Of a DNA stretch of 64,000 nucleotides, positions 25,750-38,700 are shown one piece after another; positions within the stretch are counted from its first letter, which is position 1, and every line of letters starts with the position of its first letter. Origin of the DNA: Trichoplax sp. H2 (Eukaryota); NCBI GenBank assembly GCA_003344405.1, contig NOWV01000106.1, positions 186,001 to 250,000 on the forward strand, written 5' to 3'. Under the pieces are notes generated by a model. That model was not told the origin of the DNA. It did not search any database and saw nothing but the letters and a program-made list of their open reading frames with translations. A program made the translations under genes and the position numbers.

Positions 25750-28700
25750 AGTATAATTATCTTACAAGAGTGAAGAATATGGATTAAATCCATAAGAAAA
25801 GAAATCAAATAAAGACCATTACCCCAGCCATTGAAAGTAGGGTATTCCTAATCGAATCGCTTAATGTATATTCTACAACTCTAGTTCAGTACAATGGCTA
25901 CACGATAGTTTAGATCGACTGAAAAATAGGTAGATTACCTTCTACCGATTAGGATGACATATTCAAATTCAGATTATAACCCATGCAAAATTAATAATGG
26001 TATCTAATTTAGCGCAGCTGTTAAGAAAATCTGTTACCCTTTTAATCCGTGATAATACTGGTGGCTTTGAAAATCGGCAATGAACCGAGAATGAGCGATC
26101 TCTTTCTAGGTGACCGCTACCAGGTAGACTTGGTGATTATGCAGTGAAATCTTAAAGCACAGGCCATTGAAAATAGTACACGAGTCTAAGGAATGTGGCC
26201 ACTACCTTAACTTGATTATACACCCGTATACATGGAAGTATGTAACAATAACAAGTTAAGGTATTGTGCACAATTCTTTAGGATGCCCTACTGTGCAGTG
26301 TAGGGGAAAGGGTTAGTGCACCCTTCGCTCTGTTTACACACATACTGCACATTGGGGTTAGTTTAATTAGCGTCAAACATACTGTATAAAGTCAGGTAAA
26401 GTTGTCAGGGATTGCCACTCTTGTTTATTGGTAGCTGTACATTCCATCCAGTACACACTGCTGTTGACTCTTTGATTATTTTTTTTAAGGGCTAGGATAA
26501 AAGAGAGGCACGCAGTGATGCAGAACAACTACGTAGTTCAACTGAAAGGCTGAAATTACAGTAATGCTAATCTGAGGTATCGTTACATCATGATCTATGA
26601 TACTTTCTTATTAATAACTAATTATGTATTACCAATCTATTCTATTATACAACTGGTTGAGTTTAGAACTAGTTTATGATAATAAGTGGGTTGCTTGAAT
26701 GGTGTCGTATGTCATTAGTCCCATAAACTGTCGTATCGATAGGTAGTCGCAAAGTAATGATTTAAAGTAAGCAATAACGAAATCCAAAAATGCCAACTCA
26801 CACCAGGTTTAGACTGGGATCTTTGTAGTGGTAAAATAACAAAGACGCAGTCCCTTAATTCACATAGTTGACTCAACTCAAAGTTATCCACGTAGCTGTG
26901 CTATTGATACATTCAACTTCGATAAAATGTCTAAGTTAGTGTAAAAAGTAATCGTAATAATTCTTTTCCCCAAAATTGATCGCATCTGTAATGATAGTAC
27001 ATTGACTCACTATTATAAGCTTATTATAAGGTGTGACTGCATCAACACCTATTGCACAGTAGGTTTTTTCTTCAAAGGTGGATCCTCCAAATGACTTGTA
27101 CAGTAATCATTTCGAATTTACTAGTATGTAATCGATCCTTCATTGTCAATGATAAATAGTTTAATGGCCTTTGCGCAGTGTTTACCCCTGTTGAAATGCT
27201 TTACATGCGTAAAATTCACTCAGCGGAAGCCATGATTAAGATTGGATGCTATAGTTACAACGTCATTACTATACACTAAAGAGAACCATTCAAGCGAAAC
27301 GATCTTGCAGGGTAATAAAAGTATAAACTGATTTGGATAGAATGTTTGTATTATCCATTACAGAAAAAATGAGAATGATAGGTAGCGTTGCTGCTATGAT
27401 TAAAATGTATCAATAGGTCATGCATAATTAAATACTTGTAATCGGTTTCTCTTATTAGAGAGGAGAAATAGAGAATCCTGTGCTTTCACAAATGATGAAT
27501 ATTATTGATAAATGTTGAAAACTGTAGAATGTACAGAGTTGAAATCAATATGCTGATAACCGTATTTTGATATCGGGCGATCTCTTTTAGATTGTCTGCC
27601 TAATCGATTTGCATCTTCTAGATCAAATTGACAATCTCTCAGTTGGTATTTTGATATCGAATGATCACTACTAGATTGTCCTACTTGAATCAATCTGAGT
27701 TCAGGAGTAAGTTGACAATCGATGAAATGGAAGTATTCAAAGTCTAGTCAAGCGAGGCTAGTTACGTCGGGATGTCTCCACGTGGGCACGATCGAGATCG
27801 TAGCCTTGATATTATTATTAATTCAAATACAAAACGGGACTTTCAATGCCTACTGCACAGCAGGGCTTGGAAAGTTTCTATATTTAGTCCAACGGTAGAA
27901 AAAAAAGCTTCCTCATTGCAGAAATTGTATTGATGTAGTTGGAGCAATTTGCAGCGGCCAATTTTAGTCATCGGTGGGTTTGAACTAAGTGAAAACTGCT
28001 GGATAGGTCAACTAGCGATTGCCGTCCGTCCACAGGCGGAAATCAATGATAATGATGCACTGTGTCGTTGCAATTCACTGCCAGTGTCATGACTGAATTT
28101 TATGAAATGCTTTTACGATTGCCAACTGTCTTGACTGATTACATCTTCTTTACATAGACAAGATTTTGGAATACTAGGAAGGATGAAAAATTGATTCATT
28201 GAAAGTCTTCTTGTATAGTCACAATCAACTTGGAATAAAGTGCTATAGTTTAGTGTTTGTGCTGTACTATCATAGTATTGTCTATGGCTTTGTTGTTACT
28301 GCAACATACAGTAAGAGCCGTTGTAGAGTGGTTTAGTACTGTAAACAATACGGGGTCTGACTTGGTCACAACGATACAGCGTACAATACCGTGGATACTG
28401 ATTACTACCACGATAGCTCCTAGTGGCACATGTTAGAGTGTCACATGTACGGTAACGAGTGTAATGCAAAATGGGGACCAATAAGCAGCTGACACGAGTT
28501 GTCTACAAAGCAATTCAGTACATTTTTAATAGTAATCGTAAAGAGTCGCTAGGGGATATTTTTCTTCAGCATCAACTGTTGCTATTCAATGTCCACTTAA
28601 GAAAATCTTGATTTCTCTTCTTGTTTAACTAGCATGCTTATTCAATGTCTCGGCAAGATAGAAAGATTGTTATACGGAAACATTCTACTATAGAAAGAAT

Positions 28701-30330
28701 GTTTTGGTCATGATCAGCTCCCCCCAAATTAAACTACTTTACTATACGGTAGCGTACACTCTAGGGGTCTCTAGTGTACACCACCATCAATGAATTTTAT
28801 TATTGACACTGCAAGGAGAATTTCACTAGCAGTGAATATTATACTTTGCCAGACAGCTATTAAAAGTGTAGACCGTAGTACAGGATATTGATTTACTGGT
28901 TTCTATTATACTGTGTTAAGACTAACTTTATTTTTAAAAACGTGAACACTGCATCTTTTACTATGTCAATTACAAATTCTCAATGTTCAGTGAATTCAAT
29001 CAAGTTCACTGTCAACTTTGTACTACGGTACACCAATAGTGATGCAGAGTTATAGCTCGATTACTTATAACTCGTTGATAGGATACATAATGACTTTCGA
29101 AGTCTAGGACAGAATCGATGACATACTGTACGTTGAATACTGAGTTTCAACTGGAATAACGTTACCTGACAGTCCGGATCACAGGTAAAGGTTAGCTGTC
29201 ATGTAGTCATGAGATGGCATCACTTTTAGGCTTATATTAGGCAGTACAGTGGAGATAGTCCATGATTCAAAATGACTCAATGTAACAAGGTGGTATACTG
29301 TATACTCGGATCCATTATACGAATATACGTACGGTAGACTCGAAAGCAAACGTATAGTTTTCAGCGTACAACATTGTACAGTATATGATGCGATTGAAGG
29401 GCATAACGTCTATTTTTAGCGAAACCACTTTAATTGTTGCATTAACCTTGTAGTTTATCCATTTTATTGATCACGGACTCTCTACTGTTAATCTAGTCTA
29501 TGTTTGAATATTGAGGGTTGAAACTTTAAGAAACATTCAAATAAACACCTTGATACAGAGCAATTTCATACGTCATAGACTATAATGAACTCCAAATCAC
29601 GTATTGTAATTTACAAGCAATCTTACCCCATTGCTGCTATTGCGATTATCGTCATGTGCATAGTGTTGAATTGGATAACTCTACATGATTGAGTGGCCGA
29701 AAACGTCCAGTGTACAGTACTCTTCTAGTGTATCGTTTTATGTGTATAAACGAGTCTCTAAACTAGTCCTAGTGAACGGTGCATCCAACGCTATCATACT
29801 ATACTCGGTAAAAAATACGAGGTATCTTGTTCATTAAAAAAGGATGGCTATCTTACTCACTTTATTGGAACATAGAAGGATACACTATTCAAACTTCTAT
29901 GTGGTCCGGCGTTGTTGTTCAGATAGAATAATCTCTCGCGGTTATATTGGAATAGAAGATAGTATCCTACTGTATTGTCGATTGGATATCTTGGGCTTGC
30001 GATCTTGAAATTGGCTTTCGATGATTAATTCTTCTTTGTTGTAGTCAAAAGCACTAGGGGGCTAACGTAGTTACTGCCAAGGTGTTAATCAAAGTGACTA
30101 TCGTTGTCTTGCTACCACTATTCAATACAGTGTATACAAGCACTTTCGATACAGGCAATGGCTACGAAAGATTGGGATGGCAATCTGGATTACCTTGCTT
30201 TTTCAACCCAACAAACGCGGTAGAGACGCACAAAGCTATTGGCTGTCGAAGGCAGTTTTACTACTTTCAGTCCTTGAAGAATGGCGAGCGTAAAGCAGTC
30301 CGGGACGGCACGCCGCGCTATCAACCCACT
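25750..30330 (+). ncRNA. Candidate ~4.6-kb multi-domain structured non-coding RNA
   Basis: No credible ORF; dense nested helices (see findings). Strand is tentative, inferred from an apparent excess of G-U over A-C pairs on +. Confidence 0.5.
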
Positions 30331-30342
30331 ACTAACCACAGT

Positions 30343-30858
30343 GTGTACTACTGTACAGTATACAGTACTGTACAGTACAGTACAAGCGGTGAGTAGTGAG
30401 CATGGCTGTGAGCATGGCTCTGTCTGTACAGTGTACAGTACTTTACAGTTTCTAGTACAGTACTGTACACTGTACACTCAGTACGGCAGTTCACTGGTGA
30501 CGGTCACCATGCTACCGGTGTCACGCGCTGTCGTTGACGTTGCCTTATCACTGTAACCTGATCTCAACTTCCTTTTCTTTTTTTTTTTAAATAAATAATA
30601 CCGAAATAATATTACAGTAGATGTCCCCGCCCCTTCAATGCTGCAACGTGAAAGGTACTCACTAAAATGACCCACACCTGGTGGCTGAAGCGGCTGGCTG
30701 TCGGACGTGCCAGGTGTATCGTGTACGGCCGTGGTAAGAGTAAGACTACAGTATTGTATACTACCTCACCGAAAGACGAGTTCACTCTGTACAGTACTGT
30801 ACAGTATGGAGAGTAGAGTCCATTTGGAGTACAGTACTATACTGTACTGTGCTGTACT
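30343..30858. repeat. Two TACTG/CAGTA clusters (30343-30484, 30787-30858) around a GC-richer segment with a GC box
   Basis: Pentamer arrays; ccccgcccc at ~30624; + strand donor-like GTG|GTAAGA at ~30734; - strand donor-like CAAG|GTAATC at ~30193. Confidence 0.7.
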
Positions 30859-31585
30859 GACTGATGGATGAAGAACTGATTTTTTTGATGCGCAGCATTA
30901 TGAAAAATGGCCAAAGAAAGTTTCTTTTAGTGGTCGATACTAAATAGGAGCTCTCTTACTTCTTTAAGGTTAATGAAATGAATAAATGCCTCTAAATTCT
31001 AACTGCAATTACTAGTTCTAACTATTGAACTTAAACAAATGTACTGAGTGAGTGAGTGAGTCTATGCTGGAGACGGAGTAAGAAATTGCAATTTCACACA
31101 AGTGACAGTGTATGTGAGAAAAATTGCAAACTCAAGACTGTTGAATATAGAAAAAAATGAGTTGAAAATTTTTCTTACTACAGTGCACTCCACTTTCTAC
31201 TCAACTTAATTCTCATCGGGATAATAATGAATTAATTAGTGAATAACTGTCTACAACAACAGACCTTCATACATAGGAAGGTCCATATTGATTAGTATTT
31301 TTCAGGCGTTTATCCATAGTTTTTACTATTCACACACATCCAATGAAAAGGATCATATTGTATGCTGTAAGCAGTAAGCAATCATACTGCAGAATCGTGG
31401 CGTCCGCAGTCCGCCTGTAGGCTGTAGCTACTGGAAATCGGAATATTACCTTAACAGTATTTTCCAAGATTAAACTGGAAACTATAATAAAATAGCGTTA
31501 TTGAAATTGATATTAGTGATTCATGTGTTCTAGTTATGATAAAACTGTGATATATCCATATACGACGTATATTGATATAGATAAT

Positions 31586-31815
31586 TCACTGAGGTTCGAA
31601 ATCGATAGTGAAGTTTACTACAACAATATTATTGATAAGGCCTAGCTGGTATTCAGAACTATCCTGAACTGAGTGAAAATGAAAGAAATTAGTGTTAGAA
31701 CGGAGAACAACAAGGTTAAGTTCTCCATGCAATTTTAACGATATCAAGCATCTATCAATGTTCAAATAAGTTTTTATCATTGGCAAACTTAACTATCGAT
31801 TTTGTACCTCAGTGA
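31586..31815. other. ~230-bp fold-back with ~30-bp imperfect terminal inverted arms (MITE-like, or an RNA domain)
   Basis: tcactgaggttcgaaatcgatagtgaagttt pairs with aaacttaactatcgattttgtacctcagtga; inner hairpins ggagaac/gttctcc and ttcag/ctgaa. Confidence 0.6.
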
Positions 31816-32713
31816 TATACTGTATATAGATAATACGCGTACATAAGTAATTAAAACAGATGTGAGCAGGATAGTACCTTGATGCTGAACAAATTCAAGA
31901 AGTTGTGCCCTACACGTGACAGAAACGATTCAGAAATCACTGGAAATATTTTTCTTGTTACTCAATGTGACCTACAATATTTTTTGATAGAGTAAATACT
32001 AGTGTAAAGCAGTGCTTTGCAACTTCCTTCATATCCAATCCGAAATCTAAAGTCATTACAGCTCACCCAATCTGACTCAAATCCTAGATACGGACTTATA
32101 GTATTTTCACTATGAAGACATTTTAGAAATACTACTAGCCGAATCCGCACACCTCGCTATGCATTAAATGTATAGGCACCATAAATGAGTAAATGTTATG
32201 CAGACTTAAGGTAACGTGCAGTATACACAGTACGTAACTAGATAGGGAAATATGGATGAAGGTTTTATCATAAAAAATATCATTCATCAATACCATAATC
32301 CGTGTATACATCTTTTATACTATATAAAGTAATAAAAGCAAATCGATCGTTCGTCATTAGCCAAGTAAAATGGTGATGCAGGCATCGCCATAGAAACTAG
32401 CTTTATGAAAACTGTACGTCAATAGACAAGTTATGTTGAATGCTGACTTTATGATAGAAAACATGTCAAATAATACTTGCTAATCAAGTGAATTGATTAT
32501 AGCAATAAAGTCGTGATGGTTACTGATAATACCAACATTTTGTTGTAGATAGAGAATATCACCAAAATTGAAATTACGTTTTAATTCATAAATGAGTGAA
32601 TAGATAAATAGTTTAGCATCAGGAAGAAAATGCAATTAATTTGTTGTTGATGGGGTATAAATCCGATAGCAATAGATGTAGAATAGGTAAGCCCCATCGT
32701 TTTATTTATAATT

Positions 32714-35700
32714 CTAGCGTAATTTCAAAGCCTTCAGCTGTGTTAAAGTGCTACGAGTATCTTTAGCCGAATTGATCAAGTCTGCTAGTGCTGCTTTTTC
32801 CTTCTCCTGCAGTTCTTGAGGAGCGTAATTCTGATATTTTAAATCAGAAATTTTTCGCTGCAATTTCTCAATCTTTTTCTCGACAGGTTTTAGCTGTTCG
32901 TTAAGCCGATGGATTAATCTGTTAAAGTCCACAATCGACTTGATATCTTTAAAAAAAGTTATTTATTGCAATACAATTAAATAGATAATATTAGAGAATG
33001 GCAAAACTGAAATCTAAGATCATCAATAATAACAATAATATCATTGTCATCAAATGTTAATTTTAATCTTTCTCTTACCAGCATACATACTGCAACTTTC
33101 GTCAATGCTATGACATATGTACGTTTCCTTATCGCGTAGGTCATCTAGGGATAAATAATTTATGAGTAGCGAACTAAGCTATCGCAATAATAATTTAAAA
33201 TTATACTGAGGGAATAAAGCGATAACAAAAAATTGGCTTTATATTTTTTGCACTGTATTACTGAATTTACCGCGGTATTCATCCAAAAATCAACCATTCA
33301 ACAACTATACATATTTGTAAAGATGACACTATATGGCACAGTAGCTATTCTAATCTAGCATGATATAATGAATCATAAAAAATTATTACTGTCTCAGTAC
33401 CTATAGAGTTACTATCAGTAAAGTCATGACAATATCTTATTTACAATTGGTACAAGGTTAATACTGACTCTATCGCAAAGGTTTAAATAGATATGTTACA
33501 TTGCATCAAGACCACTACGTTAATCTTCAATACATGCATATATACAAAATGGAAGCAGATTGAAAATTTATTGCAGCTTGTAAATTATAGTGTTCGATTA
33601 TTGTATTAAGATGACTTATGAAGTATTCAATGCTAGTATTATAGAGTAAAACATACAGCGTACTTTATTAATACTTTACCTATAAATTCAATACTCGATA
33701 TTTTCAATAATTTCGTTATAGTGTCAATATGTTCTTGTAGTATCGATTGAACAGAGCTGTCAGTAAAGTCACTATGAAATAATATTACCAACCATACGTA
33801 ATTAGATAGATGGCCATTTCTAGCAAGTAATTCTATAATTCTACATACGTATGTAACTGTAGAGAGAGAAATACGGTACCACAACTAGTGTTATTACATA
33901 AAACTTTAATAAATACTACTATTATTTTAATGTTGCACGACAAAATCGGGAAGGCTGTAAAGGTAAAGCAATTCATTGAATCTACCGTATCTATAAACGG
34001 AATTGCGGTACATTGATACCTTAAAATAATTCTGAATGGAATTGACCACGGCAGCTCGTATTCGTTTCTAATATAACGTCCAGTTCTAATTAGAAATAAA
34101 ACAGTACACAGATAGGAATTAATTTAATTATATCACACTAATCCGATGATAGAATGATTGCTGGAAGCCTAAAATTATCATTACAATGCCTACTTGAGAA
34201 CATTTAATGCTAAGTATACATTCTTTTCTGCGATGTCATTTCTAGTAAAGTTAAAATTTTTCACATCCGGAAAGGGAGCCAAGGTAATAGATTCCTGATG
34301 CATCAAACAGTTAATTATTCGTCAATTACCGTGTCAGTATTGCATAAATAAGGCAATACAGCACTGTATATAGGTAAATCTTCCCTTGGATGCATAGATT
34401 TACCGCAGTATTAGTTCCAGGGCGCTACTTTTACTCTATTTTATTATAGGCCGTAAAAGCCATAAGTAATCTACCATAATCTGTTTCGCTATAATCTATC
34501 ATACTGAAAATACTAATTACAAACCGAGATATTACAAGCGTTAGGTAAGAAATGCCATAGTTCTTCCGTAATGTGAGGTATTGCTGGATGCGCTAAACGT
34601 AGGATATTGCTTAAGATGTGGTATAGAACGCATTTACTCCAGTAGCTACGTAGAGGAAAGTTAAACAATGGTGCAATATATAAATTAAAAAGTTAAATTT
34701 AAAACAAATATTTAATAGTGAAATCGTTACCTGGATTCAGAACTTGAATCCCTAATAATCGAATACTTCATAAATTCAATATATACATCACAAAGCTCAT
34801 TTCTGACTAAGCGAATTAGACTTTCAGCATACAAGTCCTAAAATAATAGTGCTAGCATCAAGCAATGATATTATACAAGAATCAATAACAGAAAAGCGCC
34901 AATTACTGATCAAGGTATGATCGCACCATTTTAAAATTCTGTAAGCCATGTGTGCAGGCTTCCGTTGCTACTGTTAGCCGGCTAAGCATCCATAGATCGA
35001 GTTGGCTAAGATATTTCGAATTAGATTTTAGTTCCTGCAACAGAATCATTTCGTTTGACGGGCTGGCTTGATGTAGAAAATACAAAGCTTTGAGCTATAT
35101 GAATTCTAAATTATGATAGAAACCTGAGGACGGAAATCATCTCCCCATAAACGACTAGCAAATTTGGCTGCATTCCATAACTTATTACAAAAATTTCTGT
35201 TCGAAATGAGTTGACTATTGGATAATTTTTAATCAGTTGTGGTCAGTTTCTAAGTTTCATCTAAGAAAATACGACGATATATTATAAATAAATAATTGTC
35301 TTACTTTATGTTTAGATTAATTCCTGACCCTTGTTTCTAGAAAAAATTTACAAATCAGTAAAATAAAGTCATCGTGTATTAATATAACAAATTATGCCGG
35401 ATAACCTACCATATACAGTAGCAGAGTCAAACGTAAGGCATCAGCTCCACATGGAGCAATACCTTGGGGAAATGCTTGGCTTAGCTGTTGTTTAGATGTT
35501 CGAATTTCACTTGGAGGCAGGCTACTTTTGTCTAGGGCTGACTGTAAGGTATTAAGGCTGACTCCATTCTGAGTGGTACATAGTAAGACGAATTTTTATA
35601 CATAAGATTTAAATTAAACTTTTTTGATATAGTTATAGTCTTACGATAACATGCAATGGGTCGATTGCATTTCCAAGGCTTTTAGACATTTTACGGCCCT

Positions 35701-38700
35701 AACAGATACAGTAGCGATAAGTATGCTATGTAGATTTAAGTTTCAAACTAATAATGTTAGCATTGATAGAAATGTTACCAAATAGAGTTCTAAATTTATA
35801 AAGCTACGCACTCTAGAATCGCGCACGATAGGGTGTAAATAAACAGTAGGAAATGGGGAATCATTTCCATCAGTAAGTTCACTGCACAACATAACCATTC
35901 GAGCCACCCAGAAATATAAGATATCGGCTCCCGTTTCCATAACTGTATAAAAATATTATTTAAGATCTGATACATCCGTGGCAAGTAATAATTTTGAGTA
36001 ATTATGATTATTACTAAGGCTTAGTAAAAGCAATTAACTTTATCGCAGGAATCAAATATTAAAATCTGCGCTTGTAAATACTGCACTTTCAGTATGGTAT
36101 GTTGTAACAGATTAATAAAATAATTTACCGGAAAGAGGGTATTTGTTCATTCGCTTATTATTTGGCCAACCATCAGCCGATAGCGGAAGTAAAGCAGATG
36201 AAAACCAGGTATCTAAAACGTCTATGTCTTTCTCTAGCGTAAACTACAAAAAATACACGTAGCATTCCAATGAGAAGACTTATAAGATTAAATACAACCC
36301 TTCTTTGTATGCTATCAGGAACCTTAGAATTGTATCCCTTTTCCTGTAAAAACTCTTTAGCTTTGGTGTAAGCTTCACGTTCACTTCGCGCAATAAACCA
36401 AGATTGCTGATCTGAAATTTCAAGATCTGGAACTGTTAGCCTCCAAGCTGGAATTTCGTGTCCCCAACACAATTGACGAGAAATGCACCAATCTCGCGAG
36501 TCCTCTAACCATCTTTGCAGTCGGAAATTCATGCAATAGTAAGTGGATATAAAACAAAATAAGATATGTAAAAAAGTATTATTCTGCATACTTCGTAATG
36601 AACATTTAAAGATCTATTTCTAAATCTGTGTGATTAATTATATCGCACAAATTTGTTATTATTGTTCGTGTAAATAAAATACAAGGGGTAAGTTTATTAG
36701 GCTTAGTCTCTAATGTGCATTTTGTATCAGTTACATGTAAATGGGATTGTTTTAACCGAAAACGGTATGAAATGGTTAACCTGTTCCATTCGTTAACGTA
36801 ATTTCTCGGTACAATATTTAAGAGGCCGTCCCTGACAAAGTTCAGTGCCCGAGTTGACATGGTATCACATTTAATGTACCACTGAGGTTTCAACATAGGT
36901 TCAATTATATCGCCAGATCTTGAGCATCTTTATAGTATATATAAGTGGTTCAAATGGATTAATTTGTTTAAAAATGCTTAGCATGATTATTAGCTTATTT
37001 TAAAATTTTTAGGAATTGAACTATATTAATCCAAGTACTGTTCATATTTACCTGAAGATAGTTGAAGGGTAAGATATACATTCAGCATATAAACCTTTTT
37101 CTTTTAACTCAGAAATAATTTTATTTCGTACTTTAAAACGGTGTTGGGCAATAAAATTTTCGCAACCACATTTATCATTCTACACCAGAAAATGCGAAGA
37201 CATTCGATTATCTATTAGGTATTCCTGTATAAACAAAATGAAATATCCACCTATATGACACCATGAAACATCTGAAGCCTACCATAGTTCCGTCTTCATT
37301 CAAAATTTCAATAATTGGAAGATTATGTCGTTGACTACAGGCGTAGTCGATTGGATCATGAGCTGGTGTTATTTTTACCGCACCCGTACCTTTCAAGTCA
37401 GGTCATAATATAGATTTATATATAAGAAATAAATTATTTCACACATATATCTATCAGGCAGTAACAACCTTTGTTAATGTCGACAAGCTCGCGGTCGCAT
37501 ATGATAGGTAATCTTCTATGGTTGAACGGATTTATTACAAACTTGCCGTGCAGGTTTCTAACAACAAATGTTATATTCTGCTTATTATCTGGTTTGTTAA
37601 CTCAATCATGGAAATGTTAGCAATATCCTAGTATAGATTACGCAAGATACAACAGCATTTACTTATATCGATCATCGTCTGGGTGCACAGCTACAGCTAC
37701 ATCTCCAAGCATTGTTTCAATACGAGTAGTAGCAACTGGAATACTACATTGACCATCTGCAACTGGATAATGAAAGGTATGCATTTCACCGACGGTGACA
37801 CTTTCTCCCAGTCCTGGAACTGCAATTTTGGTCGAACGTTCAACAATATCGTGGTCAACCTGTAATAGAATGATGAATATATAACGACGTAAAATCAATT
37901 ATTACTGTATTATATGAGTGCTTATAAGAATTAAACCTCAATATCGGATAACGCAGTCTTTAAGTGGCAACTCCAATTAACAAAACGTAAATCCCGGTAT
38001 ATTAATTCTTTCTATAATTGAGAACAAGTATTGGCATAAATAGGACAGATATAGTGAGTTACAGTAAACTTTAACTCAGCACCAGTTTTAAATTATAAAT
38101 ATTATAACAGCTTTTAAGGCAAGTTTACTTCATAAAGTTGAACAAAAGCTTCAGTGACTGCTTCAGAATGATTATTATCCAGTGTAAAAATGAGTTGACT
38201 CCTAATTTCGTATAATTTTCAATTTGAATAACAGGTTATACTGTAGATTAACATTTTCACAAACAATTTCAGTATTTTCGTAACTAACCAATCTAGGGAG
38301 CCACCTAGGTGAGAAAGTTGCTCTAGAATAATACTTCTATGCTTATCTTTCCATTTTGTGATGGCTTCAACAGTATCTTGTCTTGTCTAAAAGTGCATAA
38401 GAATTGATTAGAACTATGCTTTATGATTGAATAAATTAGTAGTTGTTATTATAGCAAAGAAATAAGAGTATCGTATTATTTCTCGTATGTATCTGCAATT
38501 CATTTTCGTGATGAGATCGTACAAACCATTTGGTGAAGATTTTTGCCCTGAAAGAGTAAAATAAAATGAGTACGAAATCAAATAACTATGTCAATGCTAT
38601 CCGATATACGTAGATAACATAATCAGACAAGTTAGCATTGTTTTAGCATAGACGGAGTATCTTGTAAGTTCTATATTTACTACACACATACAACACGCGG

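Noticed and set aside
26305-26362. Telomerase template-like CTAACCC(T) on the minus strand
   Set aside because: Only 7-8 nt, buried in a hairpin, with no adjacent U-rich pseudoknot or H/ACA domain
27562-27729. CRISPR-like repeat-spacer
   Set aside because: Only two units, eukaryotic context, no cas genes; kept as a structured duplication
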